Positions 26,229 through 40,970 of a stretch of 64,000 nucleotides of DNA are shown one piece after another (position 1 is the stretch's first letter; the number at the start of each line of letters is the position of its first letter). Under the pieces are notes generated by a model. It was not told where the DNA came from, searched no databases, and was given only the letters and a program-made list of their open reading frames with translations. This DNA comes from the human T2T-CHM13v2.0 reference genome, Homo sapiens. Made by a program: the position numbers and the translations under genes. The DNA lies in the NCBI GenBank assembly GCA_009914755.4, contig CP068257.2, positions 40,736,001 to 40,800,000 on the forward strand, written 5' to 3'.

Positions 26229-26246
26229 TCAGGTTTTTAGGTCTCT
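26229..26246 (-). CDS. TMPRSS3: TMPRSS3 terminal coding segment RDLKT* (exon 13), followed by 3'UTR extending toward about 25.2-25.4 kb
   Basis: The acceptor is tttatag|AGA GAC CTA AAA ACC TGA. With this segment the 12 coding exons total 1365 nt, giving 454 aa plus stop. The polyA site could not be pinned down. An antisense Alu lies in the inferred 3'UTR at about 25745-26046. Confidence 0.85.
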   Translation of the reverse strand, partial: RDLKT

Positions 26247-29148
26247 CTATAAATGAAAACAAAGGCGTTATTGTTTTTAGCACTTCCAGCCATCCGTCCA
26301 ACATGATGACGGAGCGGGCACCTGCATTTTGCCCTGTGGGAATTGTGGGGCTGTTCTCCACGATGAAGACAAGGTTGGCCTCCCCCTGGGGCTGCCAGCT
26401 CTGAGTGGATCCCAGGCAGGCATGAAAAGCTCCAACCAGCAATGCATCCGCAGGTCCCATCTCCGCCCTGCGACAGTTCCGTCACTTCCGTAGGAAACTT
26501 CCAGGTCTCGGCACTATGTTCCTGAGTTCTGGTTTGAGTCACAACAATTTTGTTTTAAACCCCCAACTAGATAGAGAAAAGTGCTGGATGAAAATGAAGA
26601 TGAGGCCATGGGCATGCCACCAACTAGCACACGGGACACTTCCCCGCAAGACAGTGAGTCTTCCAAAGGCCCTCACGTTGACTTTCCTCACAATGGACAA
26701 CTGAAACGCACAGCGGGCCTGCTGGAAAGCCTCCCAGGAAAGGAAGTCTCTTCTGGGTCTCCCCTAGGACGTCTGAAGAGGGACTTGGGAAAGGGCGTGT
26801 CTGAGGCTGCGCATCTCTCGCATGCACTGGTGGGTTGGAGGCAGCGGATGACTAAGGCGTTGTGCAGGGAGCAGGGGCCCCAGGCATCGCCGGAGCCAGC
26901 GTCACAGACGAGCTCCTCCACCACAGCTTCACCACAACAGGGGAAACTGCCTCCAAGACCCTCCCAGGGTTTCTCAGTGTGCTCTGAAGCCCCCATGCAA
27001 CACATTCACCAGGGTCTTCACCCCAGACCTCCCAATCAGACTCCAGATAAACGCCCTGCAATCTTCACATTTAACAAACATCCTGAGAGAGGCTTCTGCA
27101 CCCCTAAGTTTGAGATCTGTTGATTCTGCTGTGCAGTCACACTGGGGCCACGTCGGGGATCTGATGTGAGGCACACTCTGCCCTTGTTAGCTGGGGGGGC
27201 CTCATGCAGGTCGTCTCCGCTGTAGTACAGGGAGGGTCACAGGCTCTGTGGCCCAGGACGGTGCTGACATGGGAGGGGCTGAGGTGGCCCCGTCATGGAA
27301 CCGTTGTGAGCGGGCTCCCCAGACTGATTTTGAACGTTTGTCTCCAGCTCACCCACGACAGCTGGAAGACACGGCGGTGGGCTTCTCTGCCTTGCGCCTT
27401 CAGTGTCTTAAGGGGGACTTTTAGGATCACCAGCTCAGTGCTCAGCCCCTGGGGATCTGTGTCCCGTGAAGGCCTCCATGTACTGCAGACCCGTGTGGAG
27501 GACCGGCTTCTCCTTTCCTGCCCTTTGCCCTCTGTGCCCACGCGACCCTTCTGTGCCCCCCAGGCTCCCACAGCACCCTGAACAGTGAGGAGGTCTCCCA
27601 TTCAGTTGTCCATCCTGGTCCTTTCTACAGTGCGGGCGGGCTGGGCTGAGCTTTATACTGAAGAGCATAGCAGGCCACTCAGTGCCTAGTATGGGGCCAG
27701 GCTGCCTCTCCCAGCAAGGTGAGCAGGAGCAAGCACTTTCCACCCAGCCCGAGCACAGCCCTCACCACGCCCCGAGGGGGTGCTCAGGGCTGCAGGGCGG
27801 CAGTGCTGGAGGTGAAGCTAGCCCAGGTCTCAGTCCCAGGCCTCACCCTGAGCCCGTGGGCACCATTCTTTAGTTTCTCATTTAAAGCACAAAATCAGTG
27901 AGAGCAAAACGGGAATTAACGCCTGAGGCACATTCAGCATTTGATGTCCTTTCTTGGCCAATTGTTTCAAATTAAATGAGCTTTTTAAAAAGGTCTTTGA
28001 GCCTTGGAGACAGAAAGCTGACTGGTGGGTGCCAGAGGCTGGGGAGAAAAGTGGAGTGGGGAGTAACTGCGTGCTTCTAGGGTGCCGCGTGTCTTTTGGG
28101 AGATGAGAATGCTGGGAACTGACAAAGGTGGTATCTGCACAGCCCTGTGAATGTGCTGATGCTACAGGGTTGTTCACTTTAAAATGGTGAATTGTATGTT
28201 ATATAAATTTCACTTGAATTAGGGAAAAAAAACGTACTTACTTTGACGTCATTGTTAGTTCTTGGAAACTACGACTTTAAGCAAAATGATATATAATGAA
28301 ACCAATTTTTTTTTTCTCATCGACTTTATAACAAAATTACATTGCAAGCAAGGACGTTGCTGGAGGGCCTGTGCGCACTGTTTCTCCTAAAGCTGCAGTT
28401 TCTAAGATCCCATCAACCGTATTAAGTGAGGACCTCCTGTGTTTGAAACCATCCCAAGGAGTGGGGTGAGAGACTTCATCTGAGATCAAGCCAGCAAATG
28501 TTTCCCCGGCGCCCACATGAGAAAGGCGCCGCGTTCACCTGCCAGCACGCAGCTGCCAGGGTCCCAGCGAAGCCCTAAGCCTCCTTCTTCCTCCTCCACC
28601 GTCTCAGGTTTCCCCTCCATGCGCGGGTCCTGCCAAGCCAGCCTCGCTGTTGGGTGCCCCCCTGCAGGCCCCTCCCACTTCCACGCCTCCCCCTCCGGGA
28701 CCCCCCACCCCCCCACACCACCAATGCAGAGCTCCCCAAGCCTCTCCTGACTGCTGCCTCTCATCCCTGGCTCCCAGCGAGGTTCCAGCCCCTCAGCAGG
28801 CAGGCAAGGTCCTCTCCCGCACTGTCTCAGCCCCCCGCCCCTCCCACTTTCTCCCTGCTCCTGGCACACGGGGCACGCCCGACCCATCCCCATCCCAGCA
28901 GGGGCTCCTCCTCGCTGCCTCCTCCTTTCCCATGTCGTGAGGCTCCTTCTTCCTCCCGGGCCCCAGCTCCTCTGCCTGCCAGGCTGCACCCACCCAGAGC
29001 TGCCCAGGACTAGCTGTGATCTCTGTTTTCAGCACAAGCGTCTGACACCCTGGAGCCACCAAGTCACTGCTGCTGAATTGACAACCACTGGGTCACGCCC
29101 TGGTTTTTATAGCAAGACCAGGGTTGCATTTAAGGGACCTTAGGGTCA

Positions 29149-29379
<231 letters not shown>

Positions 29380-29937
29380 TCACCGCCATGCGAGATTGCT
29401 TTCTGTGGACAGTCTGCCGTGTGAGGCTGCTTGCTATGGAGTTGGGACCCCCCTTCATGATGTCCCAATGGATGACCCAGGTTACAGAAGGGAACCCACC
29501 AGCCCTTCCAGACACAGCATCCCCAAGGGAGGATGTCCCTCGGCCCCTTTGGGGTGCTGCCTCCAGCTGTGTGTCCCTTCCAGAATGCAGACCCTGACCC
29601 TCTGAAGCTCAAGGGCAGCTGGTGAGAGGGAGGGTCCACCTGGCCAGGGCCCTCAGGTGACCTGTGATCCACCTAGTAGAACTGGAGTCCCAGCCACTGC
29701 AGCTTTCGGAGGGCCAGATTCACTGGTTCCCCGCCACCTGCCTCCCCACCACCTGCCTCCCCTGTGGTCCCCCACAAAGTCAGAATTGGAGGGGAGCAGC
29801 ATGAGTCCCCTCCCACCACCCAGCACCCACGCAGAGCCAGATCACTGGGTAAACACAGGCCTGGCAGCCAGGAAAAGGAGTGATATCTTGAGCAAATTTC
29901 TTCTCCACGCCCTGTAAATTTACTTTTTGTCCTGTCA

Positions 29938-30345
<408 letters not shown>

Positions 30346-32183
30346 TCAAGCCCGAGCTTGCCCTCCTACGAGTGGCCGCAAGGGGCCAGTCTGCTTCAAG
30401 GCAGGGCCACCGACTCCCCTAAGGTGTCCAAAGAGGAGGAGGAGTAGGGGCAACAGTGGCCAAGACACCTCCCCAGGGCACCAGCCCAATCAGCCATCAG
30501 AACACCCCAGGTTATGGGAGGGAAACTGAGGCTCAGGAGGGTCACTCACTCAGCGTCTTTGTGAACTCTGGGATGGTCAGCAGAAAAATGACCCCAAAGA
30601 CATTCTCACCCCAATCCCCAGAACCTGTGACTGTGTCACCTTACAGGGCAAATGAGACATTGCAGGTGCATTGAGGGACAGGCCTTGAGTGGGGAGATGA
30701 TCCCAAGTAAGAGGGTGGACCTGACGAAGTCACAGGGGTCTTTGGAGGAGCCGGAGGAGAAGCTGTGACGACAGAGCAGGGACCAGAGTCAGAGAGTCAG
30801 AGAGAGATTCGAAGATGCGGCATTGCTGCCCCGGAAGACCAAGGAGGGGCACGAGCCAAGCAGTGTGGGCAGAGTGCAGACGCTGGGAAAGGCAGGAGAC
30901 AGATTCCCCAAGGGCCTCCAGGAGGAGCCAGCACAGCCCACACTTGACGCCAGCGCCCTGAGACTGAGTTTGGACCTGTGACCTTCCTAACTATGAGATG
31001 ATACCTTTCTGTCATTTTAAGCCACGAATTTGGGGTCGTTTGTTGCAACAGTCACAGGAGACTTAATCCACGTGCAGTGGGCCAAGCACGCCCCCGACAC
31101 CGAGGGATGGACCCCTCCAACTCAGCTGGTTTGTGACCCAGGCATCTTGGTGTTTTAAAGACTCCATAGATTCCATGGAGACAACAAAATCACACAATGA
31201 CAGGACCCTGAGGGGCTGCTCTGAGGAGCACATGGTATCACAAGACACTCAGCTTCCTGCCCGGAACGTGGCGAAACAGCTCAATGCATTATGGGAGAAG
31301 ATTCCAGGACAGGCTGGAGCTGAAGCTACATCAGGACAGGGGCTCGTCAGACCTTTTGCACTGGACAGAGCAGATTGACAGCGAGAAGAAAATCGGCAGC
31401 GGGATGGAGAATCTCCTGGGAGGATGAAGCTGTTGCACAGCCTCCTCTTCAGAGCCCAGTGTCATCAGAATGACTCTGGTGGGCTGGTTGGTCCGGAATG
31501 AGAGCCCACCATGAGAGGAAGGGGAGCGTAGATTGGTGTCCCAGCTCCCACCACACACCAGGGGTGCTGGTTCTGATGAAGCTAGAAAGGCCCTGGACCA
31601 GCCACACTGGCACAGAACTGGGCCTGGGCCATGTGGGTGGGTTGGAAACTACAGAGAGCTGTGAGTGCCCTCGGCCAGGTGGGCAGCACTGCCAGTGGGT
31701 GGGGGGTAAGTAGGCCCACAGACTCGAAGCATCCGGGTTAGCTCCTGGGTGCCTTCAGCTGGGGGTGGGCTCAAGTAATTGGTGTTGAGTGGAAAACACT
31801 GAAATTCCTGTGTTAGGTTGAACTGTGGGCCCCTCCAAAATATGCCTACCTGCCACTATGGAGCCCAACCTTATTTGGAACAGGGTCTTTGCAGATGTAA
31901 TTAAGGTAAGAATCTCAACATAAGATCTCCCAGCGTTTAGGGTGGACCCTAAATCCAACGACTTGCTGTCCTTATAAGACACAGGAGAGGGAAGTTTGAG
32001 ATACAGAGACACAGGGGGCAAAGCCACGGGAGGAAGGAGGCTGAGGCTGGAGATCCAGCTACAAGCCCAGGAATGCCAGTGCAGCTGCAGCCGCCGCCAC
32101 CAGAACCCAAAGGAAAGGGGTCAGAGCCTCCAGGAAAACCACCCTACAGACACCTCAACTGCGTGTGGAAATAAATCTCCACT

Positions 32184-32940
32184 TTTTTTTTGTTTTGTTT
32201 TGTTTTTTTAAACGCAAAGTCTCACTCTGTCACCCAGGATGGAGTATGATGGCATGATCACGGCTCACTGCAGCTTAGAATTCCTGGGCTCAAGCAATCC
32301 CACCCCAGCCTCCTGAGTAGCTGGGACCACCATGTCAGGCTAATTTTTGTTTGTTTGTTTGTTTGTTTGTTTTGAGATGGAGCCTTGCTCTGTCACCCAA
32401 GCTGGAGTGGAGTGGCATGATCTCGGCTCACTGCAACCTCCGCCTCCTAGGTTCAAGTGATTCTACAGCCTCAGTCTCCTGAATAGCTGGGATTACAGGT
32501 GTGCACCACCATGCCTGGCTAATTTTTGTATTTTTAGTAGAGACAGGGTCTCACCACATTGGCCAAGCTGGTCTCAAACTCCTGAACCTCAAATGGTCCA
32601 CTTGCCTCGGCCTCCCAAAGTGCTGGGATTACAGGCATGAACCACTGCACCCGGCCCAGGCTAATTTTTTTAATTTTTTGTAGAGACAGGGTCTTGCCAT
32701 GTTGCCCAGGCTGGTCTCAAACTCCTGGGCTCAAGCAATCCTCCTGCCTTGGCCTCCCAAAGTGCTGGGATTACAGGTGCATGCCACCATGCCTGGCTAA
32801 TTTTTGTATTTTTTGTAGAGACGGTGTCTCTCTATGTTGCCCAGGCTGGTCTCAAACTAATGGCCTCAAGGGATCCCATAGACTCGGCCTCCCAAAATGC
32901 TGGGACTACAGGTGTGAGGGAACACACCCGGCCAATTTCC
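32184..32940 (-). mobile_element. Cluster of three Alu copies or fragments in minus orientation (about 32184-32350, 32372-32657, 32658-32935) in TMPRSS3 intron 10
   Basis: Successive reverse-complement Alu consensus segments are separated by T-rich tails and a (GTTT)n run. Confidence 0.85.
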
Positions 32941-33504
32941 ATCGTTTTAAGCCACGCAGACTGTGATAATTTGTCACGGCAGCCACGGAAAATGAATCCT
33001 CTTCCTACTAACAAAGAAAGTGATTGATGGAAAAACCTAAGACTCATGACCAGCTCTGTACCCACACTAAGGAAAGGGTGGCCCGGGCTTCATTTGCATG
33101 GACTATGGTTACTGCCACTCCTACTTCCCTTATTATTACAGCGATCTCATCTGCTGCTGCTTCCACTTGCTCTTTGTAGGATGAAAGAACACATCTTCCA
33201 AAGTCCCACAAGACAAAGAGTCTTCACAAATACGAATCTTTGAGTTCTGAATGAAGCCTGGGAGGGTTGTCTAGGTGGGCTCTGTATGTCCTCAGTTAAC
33301 AAGGCCGGGGGTCCGGGCAGGGAAAGGGAAACACCTGCTGTGTTCGAGAAGGTCTAACTCTCTCCTGAGAAGGTCTGCAGGGTCATGTTGTCCCCATAAC
33401 AATGGAACCGTGACTCCTGACCCACAGTTCCTTGGCTGACTGTGTCCCGAGCAGCTGACATGCACTCCCTGGCCGGGGTATCTGGGCAGCCCATGGGAAC
33501 ATCA

Positions 33505-33705
<201 letters not shown>

Positions 33706-35534
33706 TCACAACTCAATTGAAGCAGGAGTCCGAGAAAACAATCTCATCTATGCTTCTGCCTCTGAGGAGCCCAAACTATCTCCCAAGGGAAGGAAGGTCA
33801 AGCCCTTGGTTACTTGAAAACGATCAGCTCACAGCAGGAGCCCCTTACCCCATCCACCACACCCAGAGCACTTAAAACTGTAAAAGAGCCCTCCACCGTC
33901 GCAGCGTGAGGGAACCTAGACCAGGGTCAGCACACCTTTTGTGGAAAGGGCTGAATAGTCAATGTTGTAGGCTTCGTGGGCTGTGCGGTCTCTGGCTGCC
34001 ATTGGAGCATGAAGACAGCCCCAGGTAACAGGTACCCACATAGGTGTGGCTGTGTCCAGTAAAATGTCTATTTACCAAAACACGATGGGGCAGACCAGGC
34101 TCTCAGGCCAACGCGTGCCCACTCCTGGCTAGATCACAGTGTGGGTGTTGCTTATAGAACACGGCTCCATGAATATTGCTATGGTTCCTGGGATATCTGG
34201 AGGCGACGAGTTTGCCTGTGTGTAGGGCTGGATCCTGTGGGCCTCCCCCAAAGCCAGAGTGCCCTGCACATACCTCGGGCTTTCGTGTGAACACACCCTG
34301 AGGTTCCCCGAGCTTTTCTGTGCAGAACAGTAATGGAGAGGTAGAGAAGGAATAAAAGAACTCACTTGAAACTTTGGCAAAGTACAAGTGCTGGCACCTC
34401 ATTTCCTATAACCAATATCATTAATAATAGTTGGCAAACTGGCACCACCATAATCATTTTCCTGCTTCTCTGGAAATATTTGTTTCTGGGCATTACGTGT
34501 CCATGTGATGGATGCAGTAATGACTCTGCCAGGTAGAGCCTGCAGCTGGTCTCAGGTCAGGATTCTGCTTCAATAAGAGGGAATTAACCTATTTATTATG
34601 CTTTCCCTGCTTTCTTAAGAAGGAAAGAGGGCTTTAATTTAATTGGGAGTAGTCTCCTAGTACTTTGTTTGCATCTACGAGATGTTTGAAAGTTTTATCA
34701 GGTGTGGCTCTTCTGGCATTTTCGTAATGTCCAGAGGGCAGGGCTTGACTTTTTCAAGAAACAGGGTCTTTAGGAGCTGCTGGTTGGGAGAGAACTTTTC
34801 TGTACTTCCAGGGAGCTGAGGGTGCCCAGCATCTTTCAGCTTGTAAAGAAATGAGAGGACTCCACCACACCACCTGGCCAGCCTGGGAGGTTCTGTTTCT
34901 CAACCAAGATGGCCCCTCTACCTGGAGAAACCAGGCAGGTGGGAGGCACTGGCTGAGTGACCCCTCCACAATAGGCTCCTGGACAGGAAAGTGCTCTTTG
35001 TCCCTACAGATGGATGACTCTCTTCCACCACCTAGAGGCCCCAGCTGGTCTGGCCTCAAGAAGCTCTTTCTGCCTCCAGGTGGCACCAACAGGGAGAAGG
35101 TGGCACCAACAGGGAGAAGGTGGCACCAGACAAAGCACACAGCCCACGAAGGCTCTAAAATTATCGTTGGAACTACAGCCCACCAATCTACCTGGCAGAG
35201 TCATCAGTGCATTCATTCTGTAGGCCAGGATCTACAAACTACATTTAAACAGGGTAACATTGAAAATGTAGGTAGGACTCAAGTCTGCAAACATGAGAGC
35301 CACATTGTCCAGGATACAATTGAAAATCACTTGTCATACCAAGAGCTAGGAGCATCACAATTTTAATGAGAAAAGATAATCAACTGATGCCAACACCAAC
35401 ATGAATCAGGAGTTGGAATTATTAATATCTGACAAGGATTATAAAGCAGCCATCATAAGAATGCTTCAATGAGCAATTGCAAATCCTCTTGAAACAAAGG
35501 AAGAGCTGCAGAACCACATAGAGACCCAGATGTA

Positions 35535-35704
35535 CCATTGAACGTGAGTGGCCCGGCCAGCTTCATAAGGGCGATGTCATTGCCCAGCCTCTTTGGCTTG
35601 TACTTGCTGTGGTAGACAATCTTCTCCACCAAGTGGGATGGGGCTGGATTGTCCAACAGGGAAACTAGACCCACCTGGATGGTCCATGACTTGGGGAGGT
35701 ACAA
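35535..35704 (-). CDS. TMPRSS3: TMPRSS3 exon 9: (D)[56 protein letters not shown]; contains the catalytic Asp (DIAL)
   Basis: This exon lies inside ORF 35453..35815(-). The acceptor is tttcag|C TTG TAC and the donor is AAT G|gtacat, which is non-consensus but retains GT. The exon is 170 nt. Confidence 0.88.
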
Positions 35705-36502
35705 GCTGAAATGAGAAGAGCAAGAGGTGAAGCACAGGAAAAGTCCAACCACTGAACTCATTGACCTCAGGTATCCTGAAAACCTAGGAAGATGGTGGGA
35801 GAGGTTATCAGGCAAGATGTGGTCCCATCACCCTGCTTGTTTATGCTGTATATGCAACTGCACTGCCACGCCCTACAGAAACACAGACCCACACCCCATG
35901 TGTTTCCCAGACCTCACTCTCAGCACCTCTGAGGTCGTCTTGGCATTTGAGGGCTGAACTCAACATTGGTCACTGCAAGGAGTCTATCAGGCACCACTGT
36001 TCATCAAACAGCAACAAAATAGGGGGTAAAAATATCAGGGAGAACCATTGTGTTTGGAAGTCTTTTCTGTAGTTTTCTTGCACTCTAAACTCCTGAGATT
36101 TTAAGAAGAGACCCAGTACCTGGCCCCCAACATATTACCTCTAGCCTCCCGCACCACTGTCTCACCCTGTCTCTGCCATAACATGGTCCACTGGAATTAG
36201 CTATGGGAAGGTCTAGGTCCTTTCATTTTTGTGGGTTTCCTCCAGCACAGGAGCTTCCTTCCTCTTCTGTCTGCCCTTTCTCTAGGAGCTACAATCCTTA
36301 AAACAAGCTCAGGGTCACAAGTTACCCCCAGCTGATGATGATGGGTCCACAGTGAGGCTGGAGACTCCTCTCCAACTGTACATTACTTGGAGGTTAGTCT
36401 CTCTGTCTTCCCTCTGGACCCGCTTCTCACCACCCAAAGCAGCCCCACCCTGACATGACCCAGGAGTGAACAGGGGTCTGGGAAGATGGTCAGCAGCACT
36501 CA

Positions 36503-36763
<261 letters not shown>

Positions 36764-37440
36764 TCACTGCCCCCGCTCCCAGAGCTCACAGCAGCTCTAA
36801 GACAAGTGCTGCAAGGGGGAGCTCAGCAGGGGAGGTGGTCAGGCTCTTGGGGAGACCTGAGGATGGTGGGTGCTGTGGAGGATGCGGTGGGAAAAGCACC
36901 TGCCCTGCTTGGTCAGTGCCCAGCATTGGCAGCACCACTCCCCATCCTATTCCCCCAGTGATGACAACACCCTGGGATGTCAGGAGCAGGCAGGAACCTT
37001 CTGCAGCCCCCTCCTCACTGCCGCTGGTGCACGCACCTCCCTGACTGCTCCAGACCCCACCCTTGTGGTGTGAACACTCCCCTCTGCCAGGAACGAGGGG
37101 CACTGCCCGAGGCCTGGAGTGGGCACTGTGCACGTGTAAGGAGGAAGTGGGAACTGAGTCAGGGACTCAAGGCTCTTCAGAGTGATGGGACATCATGGGC
37201 CTTGGTCCTGTCCGCTGCTAATGAGTTGCTCTGGCTGTCTCCCCCACCTGACAGGTGAGGCCGACAGGTGAGGATGACACTGCTCCCCTCCTCCAGCAGG
37301 TAGGGGTACACAGAGTTCCCGCCTGGCACCCAGGAGGAAGGGATACAGAGCCCCATGGGGGGAGAGGACTCTGAGGGCAAGGAGATAGGACTTAGCATGT
37401 GCTTGCTCCCCCTGGACCCCTGCCTTTCTGGAACTCTTAC

Positions 37441-37484
37441 CTGTGCACTGCAAGGTAACCACGTGGCCAGAGGCACATCCCTCC
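37441..37484 (-). CDS. TMPRSS3: TMPRSS3 exon 7: (R)EGCASGHVVTLQCT, a 44-nt exon
   Basis: The acceptor is ctttag|G GAG GGA TGT and the donor is ACA G|gtaaga. Phase is consistent with the neighbouring exons. Confidence 0.88.
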
Positions 37485-38477
37485 CTAAAGCGGAGAAAAA
37501 GTAGGCTCTGTGAAAAATGCCCCAGATCTGTGAAAGGAACACTCTTAAAAACTCAATCTTAGGGTAACAGAAAAATAAATTCTATTTCCCCCTCTTTGAA
37601 TATAGATTACAATTTTAGTCTATGTTCAAAAAAAAAAAAACCATGAGGATGAGGTCACACAATTCATTGTAAAACACTCAACTAACAGTGAAGTATTGTG
37701 TACACAACAGGCCGTTCTGTATTTCTAAGCTTTAGATAGCTAGTGATAAAGGATGTGTAAGGAGATATATTCTGTCAACATGTCACGCTGTCATTGCATG
37801 GCGATTCAGCCCAATGTTCTCCACCTCCTGGCCCCTAGGGACACAAGAGTGCCCAAGGGACAGCGTGGCAAGCTCTCTAGGACTCCTTGTAGCCTGGGTT
37901 CACACATCTGGCAGAGGACTCCTTCCCCAGAGCAATAAAGTGTGATTGCCCCAAAATTGACACTCCTACCCCCACCCCCACACACAGGTGGAGACCAGGG
38001 TGTGTGCTTTTCTCATAGTGAAGGGAAAGGGATCCCAAAATCTTTGTAATGTTTTCTGCCTTTTGAGCCCCAGCTCATCATGCAAGAGAAAGCTAGTGTC
38101 ACCAGACTGTGGATTTAGCACCCAACACATGAGCTGTCCCTCCAGACTGCAGGTGGGTCCCGGGGTGCTTATTCATCCCCGACGGACAGACCAACAAGCC
38201 TACTGTTCCCAGAGCAGAAAATGCACATCTTAGGGTTTGGGCCTAGATGTCAGGGAGAGAATATGGAATTGGATTCAGAACTCTTGGCTGTATCTGCTAC
38301 ACACCGTCTAACCTGGGGCAAGGCATGTGGTCCCTGTAAGTTTCAGTTACCTGGTGGTTATTTAAGAACACCTGGTTTTACCTTCCCCATGAGTTGTTGG
38401 GGAAAACATGTAAAATAAATAATGAATGCTAAAATACTTCGTAAACAAAGAAGGATAAATTTCTATCTTAATTTCTG

Positions 38478-38665
38478 TTTTTCTTCCTTTTACCCTCCCT
38501 CTCTTCCTCCCTCCCTCCCTTCCTTCCTTCCTCCCTCTCTTCCTCCCTCCCTCCCTTCCTTCCTTCCTCCCTCTCTTCCTCCCTCCCTCCCTTCCTTCCT
38601 TCCTCCCTCTCTTCCTCCCTCCCTCCCTCCCTTCCTCTTTTCCTCCCCACCCCCCTTCTTGCTTG
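38478..38665. repeat. Polypyrimidine/polypurine CT-rich repeat (tccctccctcccttccttcc)n in TMPRSS3 intron 6
   Basis: The plus strand is nearly pure C/T for about 190 bp with mirror-like repeat units, which makes it a candidate for H-DNA formation. Confidence 0.85.
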
Positions 38666-38965
38666 CCTGCTTTCATTCCCCAGACACACCCAGAGTGCCT
38701 GTCACATGACAGTACATTGGTCACACTCACAGCATTGTTACCCTTCTACTCTATTTCCTTCCCTTTCTTTATTGGGCCATACTCCCTCAGGTTCTCACAC
38801 CCCCAGCCTGGCGCATCCACCAGTCTCATCGAGGTGGCCAACTCCCACCTTCCATCTGAGATAACACATGCATGCCTCTTAAGTCCTTGTGGAGTTGTGC
38901 ATAGCATCACAAATCCAGCAGGTGACTCGATACCTGTGCAGACAACAGCATCGCCTGACCACCTA

Positions 38966-39163
<198 letters not shown>

Positions 39164-40335
39164 TCACAATATTACAGGGATTGTACATGGGGGATGTCAT
39201 TTTGTCCCCCCAAACCCATCAAAGGCTTCCTTTGCCAAGAGAATGAAGTTCACTCACCCTGGCAAGGCATTCAGTCCAGGCCTGCTGTGTTCTGGGATGA
39301 CCCCCGCTTCTGGCCTGTACCTGACAGCCCCGTCCACCCACCCTGGGCTGCAGCCACACAGTGAGTGACCATCTCCTATGTCCTTGGTTGAGTCACTCTT
39401 TGCGCATTCCAGTGAAATGCCTTTTGCTTGGCCTGAAGCAAGTCCAGAGGGGAGGTGAGCACAAAACTAGGTGCAGTATTGTCGGGGGGCACCCAAGCAG
39501 GGACACCAAGTTCTCCAAGAACAGTGAGTTGGAGGAACAGGAGAGACATCCCTCACCTGCCCAGGACCAGCGCAGAGCCCCACTGGAAAGAGATGAACAC
39601 AAACAAGAAAGCGATTCCACGAACACCAGAGCCCAGCTCATGTTTACAGTGCCAGGACACAGGTCTTCTGGAGAACAGTGGTGAAAGTGATGCAACTTTT
39701 TAAAAAAGAATCACATGTTTGGAGAGTCACAAGATGGAAGATGGTGAATAAACAGCCATGTTCTCCTTCCCTTGTGAAATGAACAAAACACAGTACAGTA
39801 GGCTTGTTTTCATAGTGAACACACCAGCTTATCAACAGGATTTCTTCAGCTTACTGTAAATGCTATGGGGGTGTGTATGTAGAATACAAAGTTCAGTCAA
39901 CTTTGAGTTTTGAGGAAAATGTAATCAAGGCGGCGGGCACGACCTTCGCAGCCCTTCCAGGGATTGCTCAATGCACGGATTCCGCTGGCACTGGCATGAA
40001 AGAGCCGATGGTTGCTGGGATGGCTTGGCCCCAGTGCAGGTGGCGGGGCTTGTGCCAGGCAAGGGGACCCCAGTGCTGCAACTGGAGCCCCATGAACTGT
40101 CCAAGTCTCAAAATGGTAACAATGACAGCCACAACCACACACTCGCCCAGTGTGCTCTTGCCCACCAAGCCCTTCCACACTCACAGTGTCAGCGGAACTT
40201 CAGTTCCCCTCCAAGTACGTGCTATTATCATCCCTCTTTTCTAAGAAAGGAAACTGAGGCATGAACTGTGTGTGGAACTTGCCTGAGTCTACACTGGGAT
40301 TTGAACCCAAGCAATCTAGCTTGACCGTCCTTTGG

Positions 40336-40366
40336 TTATTTATTTATTTATTTATTTATTTATTTT
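40336..40366. repeat. (TTTA)n microsatellite
   Basis: The sequence reads tatttatttatttatttatttatttatttt. Confidence 0.9.
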
Positions 40367-40923
40367 TGAATCACAGATCTCTGACATAGGATGTAGTAGA
40401 GCAGAGAAGATTAAAGAAGGATTTTAAGGAGAATTTAAGAAAATAGAACAAAATGCAGAAATAAATCTTAGAAACTGAAGCAATGGATAGAGAACAAAAG
40501 AACAAGCCTATAGAGAAGAAAGTAGGCAATATTGGGGTGAGAGATGGGGGACATCGCATTCCCTGGATTTCCTTGTAGAGGGAGCATATTAAGGATGAGA
40601 AGGAATATTTTACCAAACGGGCTGGGGTGGAAGAGAGACGGGAAGGCTACCCCCACCATGAGGTGGCCTCTACCTGATGCCTGGGACAGCTGGGGCTCCT
40701 GACTTGGGTCTGCTGGGTGGGGAAGGAGAGGGATTGAGCTGAGTTTTTCTGCATAACAGAGCAGAGAGGCCTTGGGGTTTGCTCAGACAGAGCGGTGGTC
40801 CTCCAGGACAGAGGAGGAGGGCAGAGAGAAGAGAAAAGGAGGCCCCCCAACACCCCCCACCCAATGAGTCAGAGGAAGAGGCTCAGCGGGGAAGAGAAAT
40901 GCCCAATGGGGAAGCTCTCAGCT

Positions 40924-40924
40924 G

Positions 40925-40968
<44 letters not shown>
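40924..40968. repeat. (GT)n dinucleotide microsatellite, about 22 repeats, in TMPRSS3 intron 5
   Basis: A perfect GT run is visible. Confidence 0.95.

Positions 40969-40970
<2 letters not shown>

Noticed and set aside
26581-27123. 180-aa plus-strand ORF in unique sequence within TMPRSS3 intron 12
   Set aside because: It has no recognisable domain or Kozak context and no splice signals. It is antisense to TMPRSS3. Its length is within what chance produces in GC-moderate human DNA.
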